Of a DNA stretch of 33,000 nucleotides, positions 32,735 through 33,000 are shown piece by piece (positions within the stretch are counted from its first letter, which is position 1; every line of letters begins with the position of its first letter). The stretch is from Dicyema japonicum (lineage: Eukaryota; Animalia; Dicyemida): positions 31,001 through 64,000 of the forward strand of contig RDEW01000106.1 of NCBI GenBank assembly GCA_011109175.1, in the 5' to 3' direction. A program made the translations under genes and the position numbers. The notes under the pieces are model-generated. The model worked only from the letters and a program-made list of their open reading frames with translations. It had not been told where the DNA came from and did not search any database.

Positions 32735-33000
32735 CATGACATTAAAGAATTCCCTTGCCTCTGCTGGACACCATTGCCTGTTAGAACCTGCTGGTCTTTC
32801 CCGAAACGATGGAAACGCCCTGATGGGATGACGACTTTTCCATTCGCCAACGGACGAAACCTGATCTGGGACGCGACGTGTGTTGATACTTATTCCCCGT
32901 CTAATTTGGTTGCTTCTGCTTCAAACCCAGGACATGCTTCAAAGCAGGCCGAGGAACGAAAGAGGAGGAAGTATCAGAGAATTTCGGAGAGTATCTTTTT
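32735..33000 (+). mobile_element. CRE-like RLE fragment of a different subfamily, running off the window end
   Basis: SLASAGHHCLLEPAGLSRNDG/KRPDGMTTFPFANGRNLIWDATCVDTYS..AEERKRRKY. Confidence 0.88.

Overview
AT-rich eukaryotic genomic DNA (about one third GC by eye), mostly decayed transposable elements, with three supportable host genes. (1) An ACSS2-type acetyl-CoA synthetase (23113-25597, +) with 14 GT-AG introns, 13 of them 21-28 nt, and two 1-nt homopolymer frameshifts. (2) A two-finger C2H2 gene with an eh1-like motif (3769-4542, -; two ~23-nt introns). (3) A small orphan gene with a predicted signal peptide (25708-26110, -), convergent on ACSS2. Standard genetic code, a metazoan-type ACSS2 and ultra-short introns suggest a genome-reduced animal such as a myxozoan or dicyemid; this is inference and cannot be settled from the window. 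The rest comprises nine CRE-like (RT plus restriction-like endonuclease) non-LTR fragments, RTE and I/Jockey-like LINE pieces, a tRNA-derived SINE family (5 copies), three pogo/Tigger remnants, a Buster-type hAT remnant, a Ginger-like integrase remnant, a foldback MITE with a 9-bp TSD, 69-bp STPR-like coding repeats and a degenerate TTAGGG tract. The most striking single structure is a young CRE-like insertion (31385-32641) with an inverted 5' half, an A-tail and a perfect 14-bp TSD, i.e. the twin-priming signature known mainly from mammalian L1. CACGTG also appears strongly over-represented window-wide. All alignments and counts were done by hand; no searches were run.
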